Source: an uncultured Chloroflexia bacterium (lineage in GTDB: Bacteria; Chloroflexota; Ktedonobacteria; Ktedonobacterales; JADMIN01). Taken from it: a stretch of DNA of 64,000 bases. The notes below the pieces were generated by a model. That model was given only the letters and a program-made list of their open reading frames with translations, ran no database searches and was not told where the DNA came from. Of this stretch, positions 1 through 10,460 are shown in pieces. The stretch lies in the NCBI GenBank assembly GCA_963826075.1, contig CAWGVQ010000015.1, forward strand, positions 42,211-106,210, given 5' to 3'. Within the stretch, counting starts at the first letter, position 1. Each line of letters opens with the position of its first letter. Both the position numbers and the translations under genes were made by a program.

Positions 1-680
1 CCATGGGAGGGGCGCAGGCCCATGATGTAGGGGATGCCGGCCGTCACCAAGTGGGCTTCCAGCTGACTGCTCTCCCCATAGACGCTGTCGGCCACGACCA
101 GCCGGAAGGGAATACCGGCCGCCTGCGCCTCCTGGATCAGCCTCCAGGCCAGTTCGGGCTTGGTCGCAAAGGCCGGATCCTTTTTGCCCAGCGGCAGCCG
201 GATCGCCGGTCGGTAGGGTTTGACCCCCAGGGGCACCTGGCGGGTGCCGTCGGTCCACTGGCTGGTCACCGAGACCACCCCGCCGGCCACATGGCCTAGC
301 TTGCCCAGATACTGCTGGGCGGCGAGCTCGATGCGGTGGCCCCGCTTGGGATCGCCGGTCTCGTCGACGATGAGGACGCCCCCCGCATGCGGCCCCAGGA
401 ACGGATGCGCCTGCCAGAGCTGGAGCCGGCGCTGGTTGAGCGCTTCGCCGTCCCAGGGGGCGTCGTGCACAAAGTGGTGCAGGGCTTGGCGCCGGGCTCC
501 CGGGACCAGGCTGGCCAGTTCGACCAGCGTTTTGTTGTGTTCCCGCGGCAGCAGCAGACCGATAAGGTATTGGCGCAGGGCCTGGCGTTCTTCGTAGCGT
601 CCGAACAGGTCGTCGAACGGGGCACAAAACTGGTCGATGGCCTCAGTGGTAGGCATCGTCGGTTTGCGGGGAGTGGGCAT
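1..680 (-). CDS. IS701-family DDE transposase, N-terminal part
   Basis: AGGAGG RBS then ATG at 680. Translation MPTPRKPT...FDDLFGRYEERQALRQYLIGLL...LHHFVHDAPWD...VLIVDETGDPKRG...AAQQYLGKLG...VVADSVYG has IS701 motifs; no stop before the window edge. Confidence 0.85.
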   Translation of the reverse strand, partial: MPTPRKPTMPTTEAIDQFCAPFDDLFGRYEERQALRQYLIGLLLPREHNKTLVELASLVPGARRQALHHFVHDAPWDGEALNQRRLQLWQAHPFLGPHAGGVLIVDETGDPKRGHRIELAAQQYLGKLGHVAGGVVSVTSQWTDGTRQVPLGVKPYRPAIRLPLGKKDPAFATKPELAWRLIQEAQAAGIPFRLVVADSVYGESSQLEAHLVTAGIPYIMGLRPSH

Positions 681-774
681 AGTGAGCACCTCCTCTTCAG
701 CACGAAGCCACGGATACACGGTGGCGTCTGCGAGCAGAAATTGCACGTTTCATGCCACACCTGACCAACCAGCG
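1..774 (-). mobile_element. IS701-family element, left part (runs off window start)
   Basis: Contains the transposase start at 680. Putative end CGCTGGTTGGTCAG (- strand) is flanked by TTAG at 775-778, matching the YTAR-type target of IS701 elements. Confidence 0.65.
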
Positions 775-879
775 TTAGGCATAGAAAGGTCATGACGATT
801 ACAACGAGAAGGCTGACGCTCATACCCGTCGTGCCGCCGTCTTGGCGTTGAAGGCTGAAGTAGATAGTCGTTACCACTG

Positions 880-1100
880 CCGACCCGATGGCGGTGGCCC
901 AGATACAGCTGAATGGCCCGAGTGTCCTGCCCATCGTTAGCCAGCTTGTAGCCGGTGGCGTGGCGCAGCATGCGTGGGTGAACCGGGAAGGCGATGCCAG
1001 CCTGTCGTCCGGCACGACTGACTATCTTACGCACAGCATCGGTAGTGAGCGGCGCCTTGCGCTCGCTGACGAACACGTAGGCTGTCTCCGGCTCGTCCCG
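880..1100 (-). pseudogene. Tyrosine recombinase (FimB/XerD-like) C-terminal fragment
   Basis: YVFVSERKAPLT...VHPRMLRHATGYKLANDGQDTRAIQLYLGHR contains the HxLRH/LGH boxes. The N-terminus and the catalytic-Tyr segment are missing. Confidence 0.8.
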
Positions 1101-1130
1101 CTGTAGCGGCGCAGGGCCCGCAGCTCTCCC

Positions 1131-1287
1131 TGATTGCGGAGCTACGTGCTCGTCCACGGGGTCCTACGGTATTTTAAAATAACTAGTTAAAAATCCATTG
1201 ACCGCGGCCTCCGCTCCGGAGTATAATACAAAACAGTTCAAAATCAGCGAGGAGCATACACGAGGAGCATACACGAGGAGCATACAC
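1131..1287 (+). promoter_or_regulatory. Promoter/operator module, homologous to 2311-2443 and 7194-7326
   Basis: TTGACC (1198) - 18 nt - TATAAT (1222), with an AT-rich imperfect palindrome upstream and a GAGGAG RBS. Aligns by eye with the leader of the next SDR gene. Confidence 0.7.
1248..1286 (+). repeat. 3 x 13-bp tandem repeat CGAGGAGCATACA containing the RBS
   Basis: Read directly; followed by C-ATG at 1287-1290. Confidence 0.95.
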
Positions 1288-2262
1288 ATGGAACATTCGA
1301 TCGCACTCGTCACCGGCACCACCTCCGGGATCGGTTATGCGGCAGCCCGCATGCTCGCCATCGAGGGCTACCGCCAGGTCATCGTCACCGGGCGCAGCCT
1401 GGCCCGGGTTCAAGAAACGGCCGCTCAACTCGCGGCTGAGACCAAGACACAGGTTTTCACGCCGCTGGAGCTGGATCTGGACGCGCCGACCAGCGTGCAA
1501 TCCGCCCTCGCCGAGCTGGTCAGACTAGGTCGGCCGATCGATTTCCTCCTGCTCAACGCAGGGATGGTCGGAGGTAAGGAGCGCGTGCTCACTGCGGCGG
1601 GCATCGAGGCGTCTCAGGCCCCGCTGATCGGCCATCATCAATTGACTGTCGGGTTGCTCCGCGCCAACCTGCTGAGCCCCAACGCGCGGATTGTTATCGC
1701 CGGTGCGGAACCTGCCCGAGGGGGCGTACCCCTGTTCAGCTACACCGACGTGCCAGCCTTCGCGGCCAAATACCACCAGGGTGACCGAACCGCCGCTGTG
1801 GAAGCCCTGCTGCGCAACGGGCCGAACGTGAGGTACGTGCCCAACAATGCGTATGCCGACGCGAAGCTCATTATCGCTTGGTGGGTCGCGGCGCTGGCGC
1901 GCCGGCTACCCTCCGGCATGGCCGTGTACGCTGTCTCGCCCGGTTCGGCGACCGACACCAAGGTGGTGCGAAACGCTGGCCCGGCGTTGAAGTATCTGTT
2001 TATCCCAATCGTGAACCTCATTCCCGGCATGAATCAGACGCCGGAGACCGCGGCCCGTCGGTACCTCCAGGCGTCGGAGTTCGGAACCGACGTCTCAGGG
2101 CAATTCTTCGCCTCGGCTCAAGGGAAGTTCACCGGCCCAATTGAGGCGCAGCGCCACCCACACCTCCACGATCGCGCCAGCCAAGAAGCCGCGTGGCAGG
2201 CCGTCGTCAGTGTCTCCGGCGTCGACTTGTCTTACCCAGCATCCTTGAGCGCGCAGTCCTGA
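1288..2262 (+). CDS. SDR family NAD(P)-dependent oxidoreductase
   Basis: ALVTGTTSGIG Rossmann motif, LLNAG and YADAK (YxxxK); RBS-supported ATG at 1288. Confidence 0.9.
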   Translation: MEHSIALVTGTTSGIGYAAARMLAIEGYRQVIVTGRSLARVQETAAQLAAETKTQVFTPLELDLDAPTSVQSALAELVRLGRPIDFLLLNAGMVGGKERVLTAAGIEASQAPLIGHHQLTVGLLRANLLSPNARIVIAGAEPARGGVPLFSYTDVPAFAAKYHQGDRTAAVEALLRNGPNVRYVPNNAYADAKLIIAWWVAALARRLPSGMAVYAVSPGSATDTKVVRNAGPALKYLFIPIVNLIPGMNQTPETAARRYLQASEFGTDVSGQFFASAQGKFTGPIEAQRHPHLHDRASQEAAWQAVVSVSGVDLSYPASLSAQS

Positions 2263-2310
2263 AGGAGCGCCGGTCGCGGCGAAATGGTTGCGGTGACCAG
2301 AATCAGCATG

Positions 2311-2443
2311 TGATTGCGGAGCTACGTGCTCGTCCACGGGGTCCTATGGTATTTTTTGAATTAAGTAGTTCAAAATAACGTGACCGCAGCCTCCGCTCCA
2401 GAGTATCATACAAAAGAGTTCGAAAACAGCGAGGAGAATACAC
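2311..2443 (+). promoter_or_regulatory. Promoter/operator module with inverted repeat TTTTGAA-N8-TTCAAAA (2354-2375)
   Basis: GTGACC...TATCAT promoter-like pair, the palindrome and a GAGGAG RBS; homologous to 1131-1287. Confidence 0.65.
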
Positions 2444-3190
2444 ATGGAACGGTACCACGGTCAAAAGGTAGTGATTATCGGCGGCACCAGCGGCATGGGG
2501 CTCGCGACGGCGAAGATGCTCCTCGATGGGGGCGCGCGGGTGCTGGTGACGGGTCACTCGCAGCCTGGCCTGGATTCGGCACAGAATGAGCTCGGGAAGG
2601 GTGCCCTCGTGGTTTCGAGCGACGCGCGCTCGTTGACGGACATCGACGCCCTCGCCGCTCGGGTGAAGGCCGAGTTCGACACCTTCGACCTGCTCTTCGT
2701 CAACGCGGGGTTCGGCCTCTTCGCGCCACTCGAGAACACGACCGAGACCATCTACGACGAGATGTTCAACCTGAACGCCAAGGGACCGTTCTTTGCGGTG
2801 CAGAAGCTCGCGCCGCTGATGAACCGGGGAGGCGCCGTCGTCCTCACGACCTCGGTCGCGAACGTCAAGGGAATGCCTGGCCTCGCCGCATATGGAGCGG
2901 CCAAGGCTGCGCTGCGGTCATTCGCTCGGGTGCTCGCCGCCGAGCTGCTTCCTCGGGAGATTCGCGTCAACGCGGTGACGCCCGGTCCCATCGACACGCC
3001 GATCCTCAACAAGGCCTTCCCCAACAAAGACGCGGCCGCCCAGGTCACGGAGCAGCAGCGCGGCATGAATCCCATGAAGCGCTTCGGGACGGCGGAGGAA
3101 ATCGCCAAGGCCGTCCTCTTCCTCGCGTTCGACGCGACCTTCACAACCGGCGCTGAACTTCCCGTCGACGGCGGTTGGTCGCAACTCTGA
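2444..3190 (+). CDS. SDR family oxidoreductase (copy 1)
   Basis: IIGGTSGMG, FVNAG, YGAAK, VNAVTPGPIDT, VDGG; 248 aa. Confidence 0.93.
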   Translation: MERYHGQKVVIIGGTSGMGLATAKMLLDGGARVLVTGHSQPGLDSAQNELGKGALVVSSDARSLTDIDALAARVKAEFDTFDLLFVNAGFGLFAPLENTTETIYDEMFNLNAKGPFFAVQKLAPLMNRGGAVVLTTSVANVKGMPGLAAYGAAKAALRSFARVLAAELLPREIRVNAVTPGPIDTPILNKAFPNKDAAAQVTEQQRGMNPMKRFGTAEEIAKAVLFLAFDATFTTGAELPVDGGWSQL

Positions 3191-3502
3191 AAGCAGCACG
3201 CGAAATCCATCGAAATTTAATCTGAGGAGCCAAGTGGGTCTTGGGCACTTCTGATGATGGATCTCAATTCCTTGAATTGAGCGATTAGTCTGTCCGTCTC
3301 AGACGAAGCGCAGCACGGCCAGTCCCGTCCTCACGGGTGTTGCAGCATTGACTGCTGGAGAGGGTATGGTATAGGCATCGGTGAATTCGCCGTCGAGGGG
3401 AAACGTGGCAGCTGCCGCGCTCCCAGCGTCGTCGCTCAATTGGATATTGTTTATGAGGCAATGCTTGTTGCAAGCCAACTACAGCCTGGGGGAGGCGAGT
3501 CG

Positions 3503-3889
3503 ATGTTCAAAGATACGAAAGCATTCTCGGGATTTTCGGTCAACGATCTGGCGGCGGCACGGGCGTTTTACGGCGAGACACTGGGACTTGAGGTTTCCGA
3601 GGACCATGGTCTGATGTTTCTTCACGTTGCCGGTGGAAGCAGGATAGTGGTCTATCCCAAGCCTGACCACGTTCCGGCCGCATTTACCATTCTGAACTTT
3701 CCCGTAACCGACATCTATGCTGCGGTAGACGAGCTGGCCGGGCGTGGGGTGCGCTTTTTACGCTACGAAGGGATCGAGACAGACGAGCGGGGCATCTCTC
3801 GCGGCTTCGGGCCCAACATCGCCTGGTTCAACGATCCGGCCGGCAACATTCTCTCCGTGGAGGAACAGGGTGAAAATACCCCAGACTAG
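3503..3889 (+). CDS. VOC/glyoxalase family protein (copy 1)
   Basis: [22 protein letters not shown]...LNFPVTDI...[12 protein letters not shown]; GGAGG RBS before ATG 3503. Confidence 0.9.
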   Translation: MFKDTKAFSGFSVNDLAAARAFYGETLGLEVSEDHGLMFLHVAGGSRIVVYPKPDHVPAAFTILNFPVTDIYAAVDELAGRGVRFLRYEGIETDERGISRGFGPNIAWFNDPAGNILSVEEQGENTPD

Positions 3890-3917
3890 CCCGGAGTCGA
3901 ACGTGTGGCCCAACGGT

Positions 3918-3948
3918 GTGGCCTGGGGCAGTAGCCTGCCCAGGCCAC
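3918..3948 (+). terminator. GC-rich hairpin after the VOC gene (possible terminator; duplicated at 8800-8830)
   Basis: GTGGCCTGGGGCAG-TAGC-CTGCCCAGGCCAC; no clear U-tract. Confidence 0.4.
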
Positions 3949-4109
3949 GACGTGCCGCCCAGTTGCGCACACCAACACGTGTGAAGAAAGGGCATACGCT
4001 GCACCCTCGCCCTCTGCGTTGTAACCCAGCCGCCCAGGATTGGAGTGCGGCGCCTGGATAGAACCAAAAACTGCCGTTTCTGCTTCCAGTCACAACCTGG
4101 AGCCCCGGA

Positions 4110-5497
4110 GGGTTCTAACAAAACGAGGGGGTTGAGAGAAGAAGCAGAGGCCGCTACTGTTGTGAGATCAACAAAACCACCACAGCAGGAGGGCCTCAGA
4201 TGCAGTGTAGCGTATCGATCAGCGTGGAGTTAGATCCAAGTACCGGAGTGGTCGAATGGGAGCCAGTGATCCAAGCCGCAGGCTGGGAGGCAATGCGCCA
4301 GGCACTCGTGCAGGCAGTGCGGCTCTACGAGCAGAGCCAGCCGACCTGCCCCCACTGTGGGAGTGGACAGAATCGGAGTCGGGGGACGGTCAGGCGGCGG
4401 ATCCGGACGGTATTTGGCCGGGTGTCCCTGGTGCTGCGGCGGCAGCGGTGTGCCGCGTGCCAGCGGCGCTTCCATCCTGCCCAGGGATGTCTGGCCGGTG
4501 TGGGAGGCAGGCAGGTCACCCCGGCGCTCGCCGCCGCCTGCGCGCTGGCAGGAGCCAGTTGGCCTTACGCCACCGCCGCTCGGGTGCTGCACCAGCTCAG
4601 TGAGGCCCAGATCAGCGCCGAGACGGTCCGCTCCCAGACCATCGAGCAGGGCAGGGAGGAAGCGGGAACGCAGCAGGCGGAAGCCGATCGGGTGCTGCAA
4701 TCCACCGCGGCCACGACGCCCACCCCGTCTCGCTTGCTCGTGGGGCTGGATGGGGGCTGGGTTCCCAGTCGGGAGCAGCGGGGCGGGATGGAAGGGAAGG
4801 TGAGGGTGGTAGCCGCCGGCAGCCAGCCGGTGGGCAAGCACGGGCGGCAGCGCTTGACCCCCCCGGCGCTACGTGGCGACCTTTGGCTCCAGCGAACAGG
4901 TGGGGACGCTCGCGGCCGCGGCGGCCGTGGCGCTGGGGGGCTCTGCGGCGCCCGAGCAACTGGTGCTGGGGGACGGAGCGGCGTGGATCAAGACGCAGGC
5001 CGCCGAGCAGTTTCCCGACGCGGTGGGCATCCTGGATTGGGCGCATGTGGCCCGGGCGGTGCACCGCGCCATCCGGGCTGTCTGCCCGGGCACGACCCGC
5101 CGCGCGCGGCGACGCGAGCTGCACCAGCAGATCCCGGATCTGCTCTGGCACGGAGAGCTCGACGCCGCCCTGGCCGCCCTCGGGGATCTGCGTCCTCCTG
5201 CTCCCGCCGAGCCCGTCACGCTCCTCGAGCAGACCGTGCGCTATTTGGCGGGTCAGCGGTCCTGGCTGGGCAACTATGCCGCCTGGCAGGAGCAAGGCTA
5301 TCCGATTGGGAGTGGGCTGATCGAGCGGGCGGTCGCCATAGTCATTAATTGGCGGATGAAGAAGCGCGGCACGCGCTGGTGCTGACCCAATGCGTCGGCT
5401 CTCGTCGCACTGCGGGTCCGTGAACTCAATGCGTCCTGGCAGGCGGAGGCGGACGACCCGCTATGTGCCGCCTGACACTTAGTTTTTGGTAGAACCC
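4110..5497 (+). mobile_element. ISLre2/ISKra4-like IS (copy 1)
   Basis: Imperfect terminal IRs GGGTTCTAACAAAAC and TTTTTGGTAGAACCC around a transposase pseudogene; no TSD seen. Confidence 0.75.
4200..5475 (+). pseudogene. ISLre2/ISKra4-like (UPF0236-type) transposase, disrupted (copy 1)
   Basis: CPHCG, IRTVFGRV, LDGGWV, LGDGAAWI, ILDWAH, IGSGLIE. Frameshift in the C-run near 4858-4864 and in-frame TGA at 5383-5385. Confidence 0.85.
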
Positions 5498-5578
5498 GAG
5501 GCCAGGGTCGGCTTGCTAATTACGAACTATTCGGTTATAATTTGGTGCGATGGCTATTGTCCAGGAGTGTTACACTAC

Positions 5579-6220
5579 ATGTCTCAAAATGACGCTAGGC
5601 CGCGTGGACGGCCGCGCCGCTTCGACGAGAGGTACGCGCTGGAAAAGGCGACCCAGGTATTCTGGTCGAAGGGCTACGACGGAGTGACGATCGACGATCT
5701 CGTCGCCGGGATGGGCGTGGGACGGCCGAGCCTGTATTCCGTCTTCGGAGACAAGCGGACGTTGTTCTTGCGCGTCCTTAGGGCGTACGCAGAGACGAAA
5801 GGCGCTCTCGCTGCGAAGGCACTCCTCTCGCCGCGCACTCTTCGCGACTCGCTCGCCGCCTTCCTGAGGCACACCGTAGAAACTGCGACCGCAGAAGGAT
5901 CCGCTCGGGGATGTCTTCTCGAGTGCGTCGCGCCGCTTGTGAACGATGCTGAGGTCCAGCAGTTCCTACAGAACGCGGACGCTGGCGCCGTAGGACTCGT
6001 GGAAGGTCGTTTCCGGGACGCGATCAGCGCGGGCGAAATCCCGTCCGACTTTCCTGTGGACATCCGCGCAAGCCAGCTCATTGATTTTGCTCGTGGCCTT
6101 ACCATGCGTGCGCGGATAGGCACGCCGCGCAAGACGCTTCTCAGGGATGCCGAGGAAGCGGCCGACTTGGTGCTCCTGCCGCGGCGTGCAACTACACCAA
6201 CTCCACGCGCGTCGAGCTGA
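5579..6220 (+). CDS. TetR/AcrR family regulator (copy 1)
   Basis: RGRPRRFD...FWSKGYDGVTIDDLVAGMGVGRPSLYSVFGDK HTH and GCLL motif; AGGAG RBS with TATAAT upstream. Confidence 0.93.
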   Translation: MSQNDARPRGRPRRFDERYALEKATQVFWSKGYDGVTIDDLVAGMGVGRPSLYSVFGDKRTLFLRVLRAYAETKGALAAKALLSPRTLRDSLAAFLRHTVETATAEGSARGCLLECVAPLVNDAEVQQFLQNADAGAVGLVEGRFRDAISAGEIPSDFPVDIRASQLIDFARGLTMRARIGTPRKTLLRDAEEAADLVLLPRRATTPTPRASS

Positions 6221-6348
6221 CCAACCACGGCACCCAGCTGGTCGGCGTGCACGTCGGCTACGTCGACACCGACATGGCTGCCGAGATGAAGGTCGACAAG
6301 GTCGTGCCGGAAGAGGTCGCCACCGTCACCTGTGACGGCCTGGTAGCG
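6190..6348 (+). pseudogene. SDR C-terminal fragment (copy 1)
   Basis: Alternative frame reads TNSTRVELTNHGTQLVGVHVGYVDTDMAA...VDKVVPEEVA, typical of an SDR C-terminus. Confidence 0.65.
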
Positions 6349-6385
6349 TGCCGCGTCGATTACCGAGGCACGGTCGGCGTCCGTG

Positions 6386-6803
6386 TTACGAGCGGAGGCT
6401 CCTTAGGCCGGTGTGAATTTCGCTGATCAGGATCTCGGGTTGCTCGAAGGCTGCGACGTGTCCGCCCTTGTTGGCCTCGCCGTAGTGAATCAAGTTGCTG
6501 TAGGTATCTTCGATCCAGCTTCGTGGCAGGCGTGGGATGTCGCGTGGGAACACGGTCACGGCGACCGGCAATGTGAGCTTTGGACCAGCTAGGCTGGCCG
6601 ATTTGTTCTCCCAGTAGATGCGGCCGGACGACGCGGCACTGTTTGTGTACCAGTAGAGGGAGATTGCGTCCAGCATGTCATCGGTGCTAAGCGCGTCCTC
6701 GGCGAGCCCGTGGTTGTCCGTTTTGGATTGGAACTTTTCGTAGATCCAGGCTGCTTGGCCGGACGGAGAGTCCGCCAGAGCAAATCCGACGGTCTCTGGC
6801 TTC
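6386..6803 (-). pseudogene. Epoxide hydrolase C-terminal fragment, cut by the duplication junction
   Basis: Same sequence as the 3' part of 11268-12048; GGHVAAFEQP. Confidence 0.85.
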
Positions 6804-7145
6804 TGGCCGTGTACGCTGTCTCGCCCGGTTCGGCGACGACACCAAGGTGGTGCGAAACGCTGGCCCGGCGTTGAAGTATCTGTTTATCCAATCGTGAACC
6901 TCATTCCCGGCATGAATCAGACGCCGGAGACCGCGGCCCGTCGGTACCTCCAGGCGTCGGAGTTCGGAACCGACGTCTCAGGGCAATTCTTCGCCTCGGC
7001 TCAAGGGAAGTTCACCGGCCCAATTGAGGCGCAGCGCCACCCACACCTCCACGATCGCGCCAGCCAAGAAGCCGCGTGGCAGGCCGTCGTCAGTGTCTCC
7101 GGCGTCGACTTGTCTTACCCAGCATCCTTGAGCGCGCAGTCCTGA
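6804..7145 (+). pseudogene. 5'-truncated copy of the SDR at 1288-2262
   Basis: Matches 1919-2262 except for two 1-bp deletions. Confidence 0.9.
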
Positions 7146-7326
7146 AGGAGCGCCGGTCGCGGCGAAATGGTTGCGGTGACCAGAATCAGCATGTGATTGC
7201 GGAGCTACGTGCTCGTCCACGGGGTCCTATGGTATTTTTTGAATTAAGTAGTTCAAAATAACGTGACCGCAGCCTCCGCTCCAGAGTATCATACAAAAGA
7301 GTTCGAAAACAGCGAGGAGAATACAC

Positions 7327-8073
7327 ATGGAACGGTACCACGGTCAAAAGGTAGTGATTATCGGCGGCACCAGCGGCATGGGGCTCGCGACGGCGAAGAT
7401 GCTCCTCGATGGGGGCGCGCGGGTGCTGGTGACGGGTCACTCGCAGCCTGGCCTGGATTCGGCACAGAATGAGCTCGGGAAGGGTGCCCTCGTGGTTTCG
7501 AGCGACGCGCGCTCGTTGACGGACATCGACGCCCTCGCCGCTCGGGTGAAGGCCGAGTTCGACACCTTCGACCTGCTCTTCGTCAACGCGGGGTTCGGCC
7601 TCTTCGCGCCACTCGAGAACACGACCGAGACCATCTACGACGAGATGTTCAACCTGAACGCCAAGGGACCGTTCTTTGCGGTGCAGAAGCTCGCGCCGCT
7701 GATGAACCGGGGAGGCGCCGTCGTCCTCACGACCTCGGTCGCGAACGTCAAGGGAATGCCTGGCCTCGCCGCATATGGAGCGGCCAAGGCTGCGCTGCGG
7801 TCATTCGCTCGGGTGCTCGCCGCCGAGCTGCTTCCTCGGGAGATTCGCGTCAACGCGGTGACGCCCGGTCCCATCGACACGCCGATCCTCAACAAGGCCT
7901 TCCCCAACAAAGACGCGGCCGCCCAGGTCACGGAGCAGCAGCGCGGCATGAATCCCATGAAGCGCTTCGGGACGGCGGAGGAAATCGCCAAGGCCGTCCT
8001 CTTCCTCGCGTTCGACGCGACCTTCACAACCGGCGCTGAACTTCCCGTCGACGGCGGTTGGTCGCAACTCTGA
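7327..8073 (+). CDS. SDR family oxidoreductase (copy 2)
   Basis: Protein identical to 2444-3190. Confidence 0.9.
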   Translation: MERYHGQKVVIIGGTSGMGLATAKMLLDGGARVLVTGHSQPGLDSAQNELGKGALVVSSDARSLTDIDALAARVKAEFDTFDLLFVNAGFGLFAPLENTTETIYDEMFNLNAKGPFFAVQKLAPLMNRGGAVVLTTSVANVKGMPGLAAYGAAKAALRSFARVLAAELLPREIRVNAVTPGPIDTPILNKAFPNKDAAAQVTEQQRGMNPMKRFGTAEEIAKAVLFLAFDATFTTGAELPVDGGWSQL

Positions 8074-8384
8074 AAGCAGCACGCGAAATCCATCGAAATT
8101 TAATCTGAGGAGCCAAGTGGGTCTTGGGCACTTCTGATGATGGATCTCAATTCCTTGAATTGAGCGATTAGTCTGTCCGTCTCAGACGAAGCGCAGCACG
8201 GCCAGTCCCGTCCTCACGGGTGTTGCAGCATTGACTGCTGGAGAGGGTATGGTATAGGCATCGGTGAATTCGCCGTCGAGGGGAACGTGGCAGCTGCCGC
8301 GCTCCCAGCGTCGTCGCTCAATTGGATATTGTTTATGAGGCAATGCTTGTTGCAAGCCAACTACAGCCTGGGGGAGGCGAGTCG

Positions 8385-8771
8385 ATGTTCAAAGATACGA
8401 AAGCATTCTCGGGATTTTCGGTCAACGATCTGGCGGCGGCACGGGCGTTTTACGGCGAGACACTGGGACTTGAGGTTTCCGAGGACCATGGTCTGATGTT
8501 TCTTCACGTTGCCGGTGGAAGCAGGATAGTGGTCTATCCCAAGCCTGACCACGTTCCGGCCGCATTTACCATTCTGAACTTTCCCGTAACCGACATCTAT
8601 GCTGCGGTAGACGAGCTGGCCGGGCGTGGGGTGCGCTTTTTACGCTACGAAGGGATCGAGACAGACGAGCGGGGCATCTCTCGCGGCTTCGGGCCCAACA
8701 TCGCCTGGTTCAACGATCCGGCCGGCAACATTCTCTCCGTGGAGGAACAGGGTGAAAATACCCCAGACTAG
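8385..8771 (+). CDS. VOC/glyoxalase family protein (copy 2)
   Basis: Protein identical to 3503-3889. Confidence 0.88.
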   Translation: MFKDTKAFSGFSVNDLAAARAFYGETLGLEVSEDHGLMFLHVAGGSRIVVYPKPDHVPAAFTILNFPVTDIYAAVDELAGRGVRFLRYEGIETDERGISRGFGPNIAWFNDPAGNILSVEEQGENTPD

Positions 8772-8991
8772 CCCGGAGTCGAACGTGTGGCCCAACGGTG
8801 TGGCCTGGGGCAGTAGCCTGCCCAGGCCACGACGTGCCGCCCAGTTGCGCACACCAACACGTGTGAAGAAAGGGCATACGCTGCACCCTCGCCCTCTGCG
8901 TTGTCACCCAGCCGCCCAGGATTGGAGTGCGGCGCCTGGATAGAACCAAAAACTGCCGTTTCTGCTTCCAGTCACAACCTGGAGCCCCGGA

Positions 8992-10379
8992 GGGTTCTAA
9001 CAAAACGAGGGGGTTGAGAGAAGAAGCAGAGGCCGCTACTGTTGTGAGATCAACAAAACCACCACAGCAGGAGGGCCTCAGATGCAGTGTAGCGTATCGA
9101 TCAGCGTGGAGTTAGATCCAAGTACCGGAGTGGTCGAATGGGAGCCAGTGATCCAAGCCGCAGGCTGGGAGGCAATGCGCCAGGCACTCGTGCAGGCAGT
9201 GCGGCTCTACGAGCAGAGCCAGCCGACCTGCCCCCACTGTGGGAGTGGACAGAATCGGAGTCGGGGGACGGTCAGGCGGCGGATCCGGACGGTATTTGGC
9301 CGGGTGTCCCTGGTGCTGCGGCGGCAGCGGTGTGCCGCGTGCCAGCGGCGCTTCCATCCTGCCCAGGGATGTCTGGCCGGTGTGGGAGGCAGGCAGGTCA
9401 CCCCGGCGCTCGCCGCCGCCTGCGCGCTGGCAGGAGCCAGTTGGCCTTACGCCACCGCCGCTCGGGTGCTGCACCAGCTCAGTGAGGCCCAGATCAGCGC
9501 CGAGACGGTCCGCTCCCAGACCATCGAGCAGGGCAGGGAGGAAGCGGGAACGCAGCAGGCGGAAGCCGATCGGGTGCTGCAATCCACCGCGGCCACGACG
9601 CCCACCCCGTCTCGCTTGCTCGTGGGGCTGGATGGGGGCTGGGTTCCCAGTCGGGAGCAGCGGGGCGGGATGGAAGGGAAGGTGAGGGTGGTAGCCGCCG
9701 GCAGCCAGCCGGTGGGCAAGCACGGGCGGCAGCGCTTGACCCCCCCGGCGCTACGTGGCGACCTTTGGCTCCAGCGAACAGGTGGGGACGCTCGCGGCCG
9801 CGGCGGCCGTGGCGCTGGGGGGCTCTGCGGCGCCCGAGCAACTGGTGCTGGGGGACGGAGCGGCGTGGATCAAGACGCAGGCCGCCGAGCAGTTTCCCGA
9901 CGCGGTGGGCATCCTGGATTGGGCGCATGTGGCCCGGGCGGTGCACCGCGCCATCCGGGCTGTCTGCCCGGGCACGACCCGCCGCGCGCGGCGACGCGAG
10001 CTGCACCAGCAGATCCCGGATCTGCTCTGGCACGGAGAGCTCGACGCCGCCCTGGCCGCCCTCGGGGATCTGCGTCCTCCTGCTCCCGCCGAGCCCGTCA
10101 CGCTCCTCGAGCAGACCGTGCGCTATTTGGCGCGTCAGCGGTCCTGGCTGGGCAACTATGCCGCCTGGCAGGAGCAAGGCTATCCGATTGGGAGTGGGCT
10201 GATCGAGCGGGCGGTCGCCATAGTCATTAATTGGCGGATGAAGAAGCGCGGCACGCGCTGGTGCTGACCCAATGCGTCGGCTCTCGTCGCACTGCGGGTC
10301 CGTGAACTCAATGCGTCCTGGCAGGCGGAGGCAGACGACCCGCTATGTGCCGCCTGACACTTAGTTTTTGGTAGAACCC
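8992..10379 (+). mobile_element. ISLre2/ISKra4-like IS with disrupted transposase (copy 2; gene 9082-10357)
   Basis: Same IRs, frameshift and stop as copy 1. Confidence 0.75.
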
Positions 10380-10460
10380 GAGGCCAGGGTCGGCTTGCTA
10401 ATTACGAACTATTCGGTTATAATTTGGTGCGATGGCTATTGTCCAGGAGTGTTACACTAC

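Noticed and set aside
3908-3968. attC-like GCCCAAC...GTTGCGC around the hairpin after the VOC gene
   Set aside because: The right box breaks GTTRRRY, no L boxes are evident, and other genes have no similar site.
4120-4129. 10-nt match AAAACGAGGG between the inferred IscB guide and the ISLre2-like left end
   Set aside because: Short, misses the TAM-proximal bases and has no adjacent ATGG; plausibly chance.
4858-4864. Programmed frameshift in the ISLre2-like transposase
   Set aside because: A C-run is not a typical slippery motif and the gene also has a premature TGA, so mutation or sequencing error is more likely.
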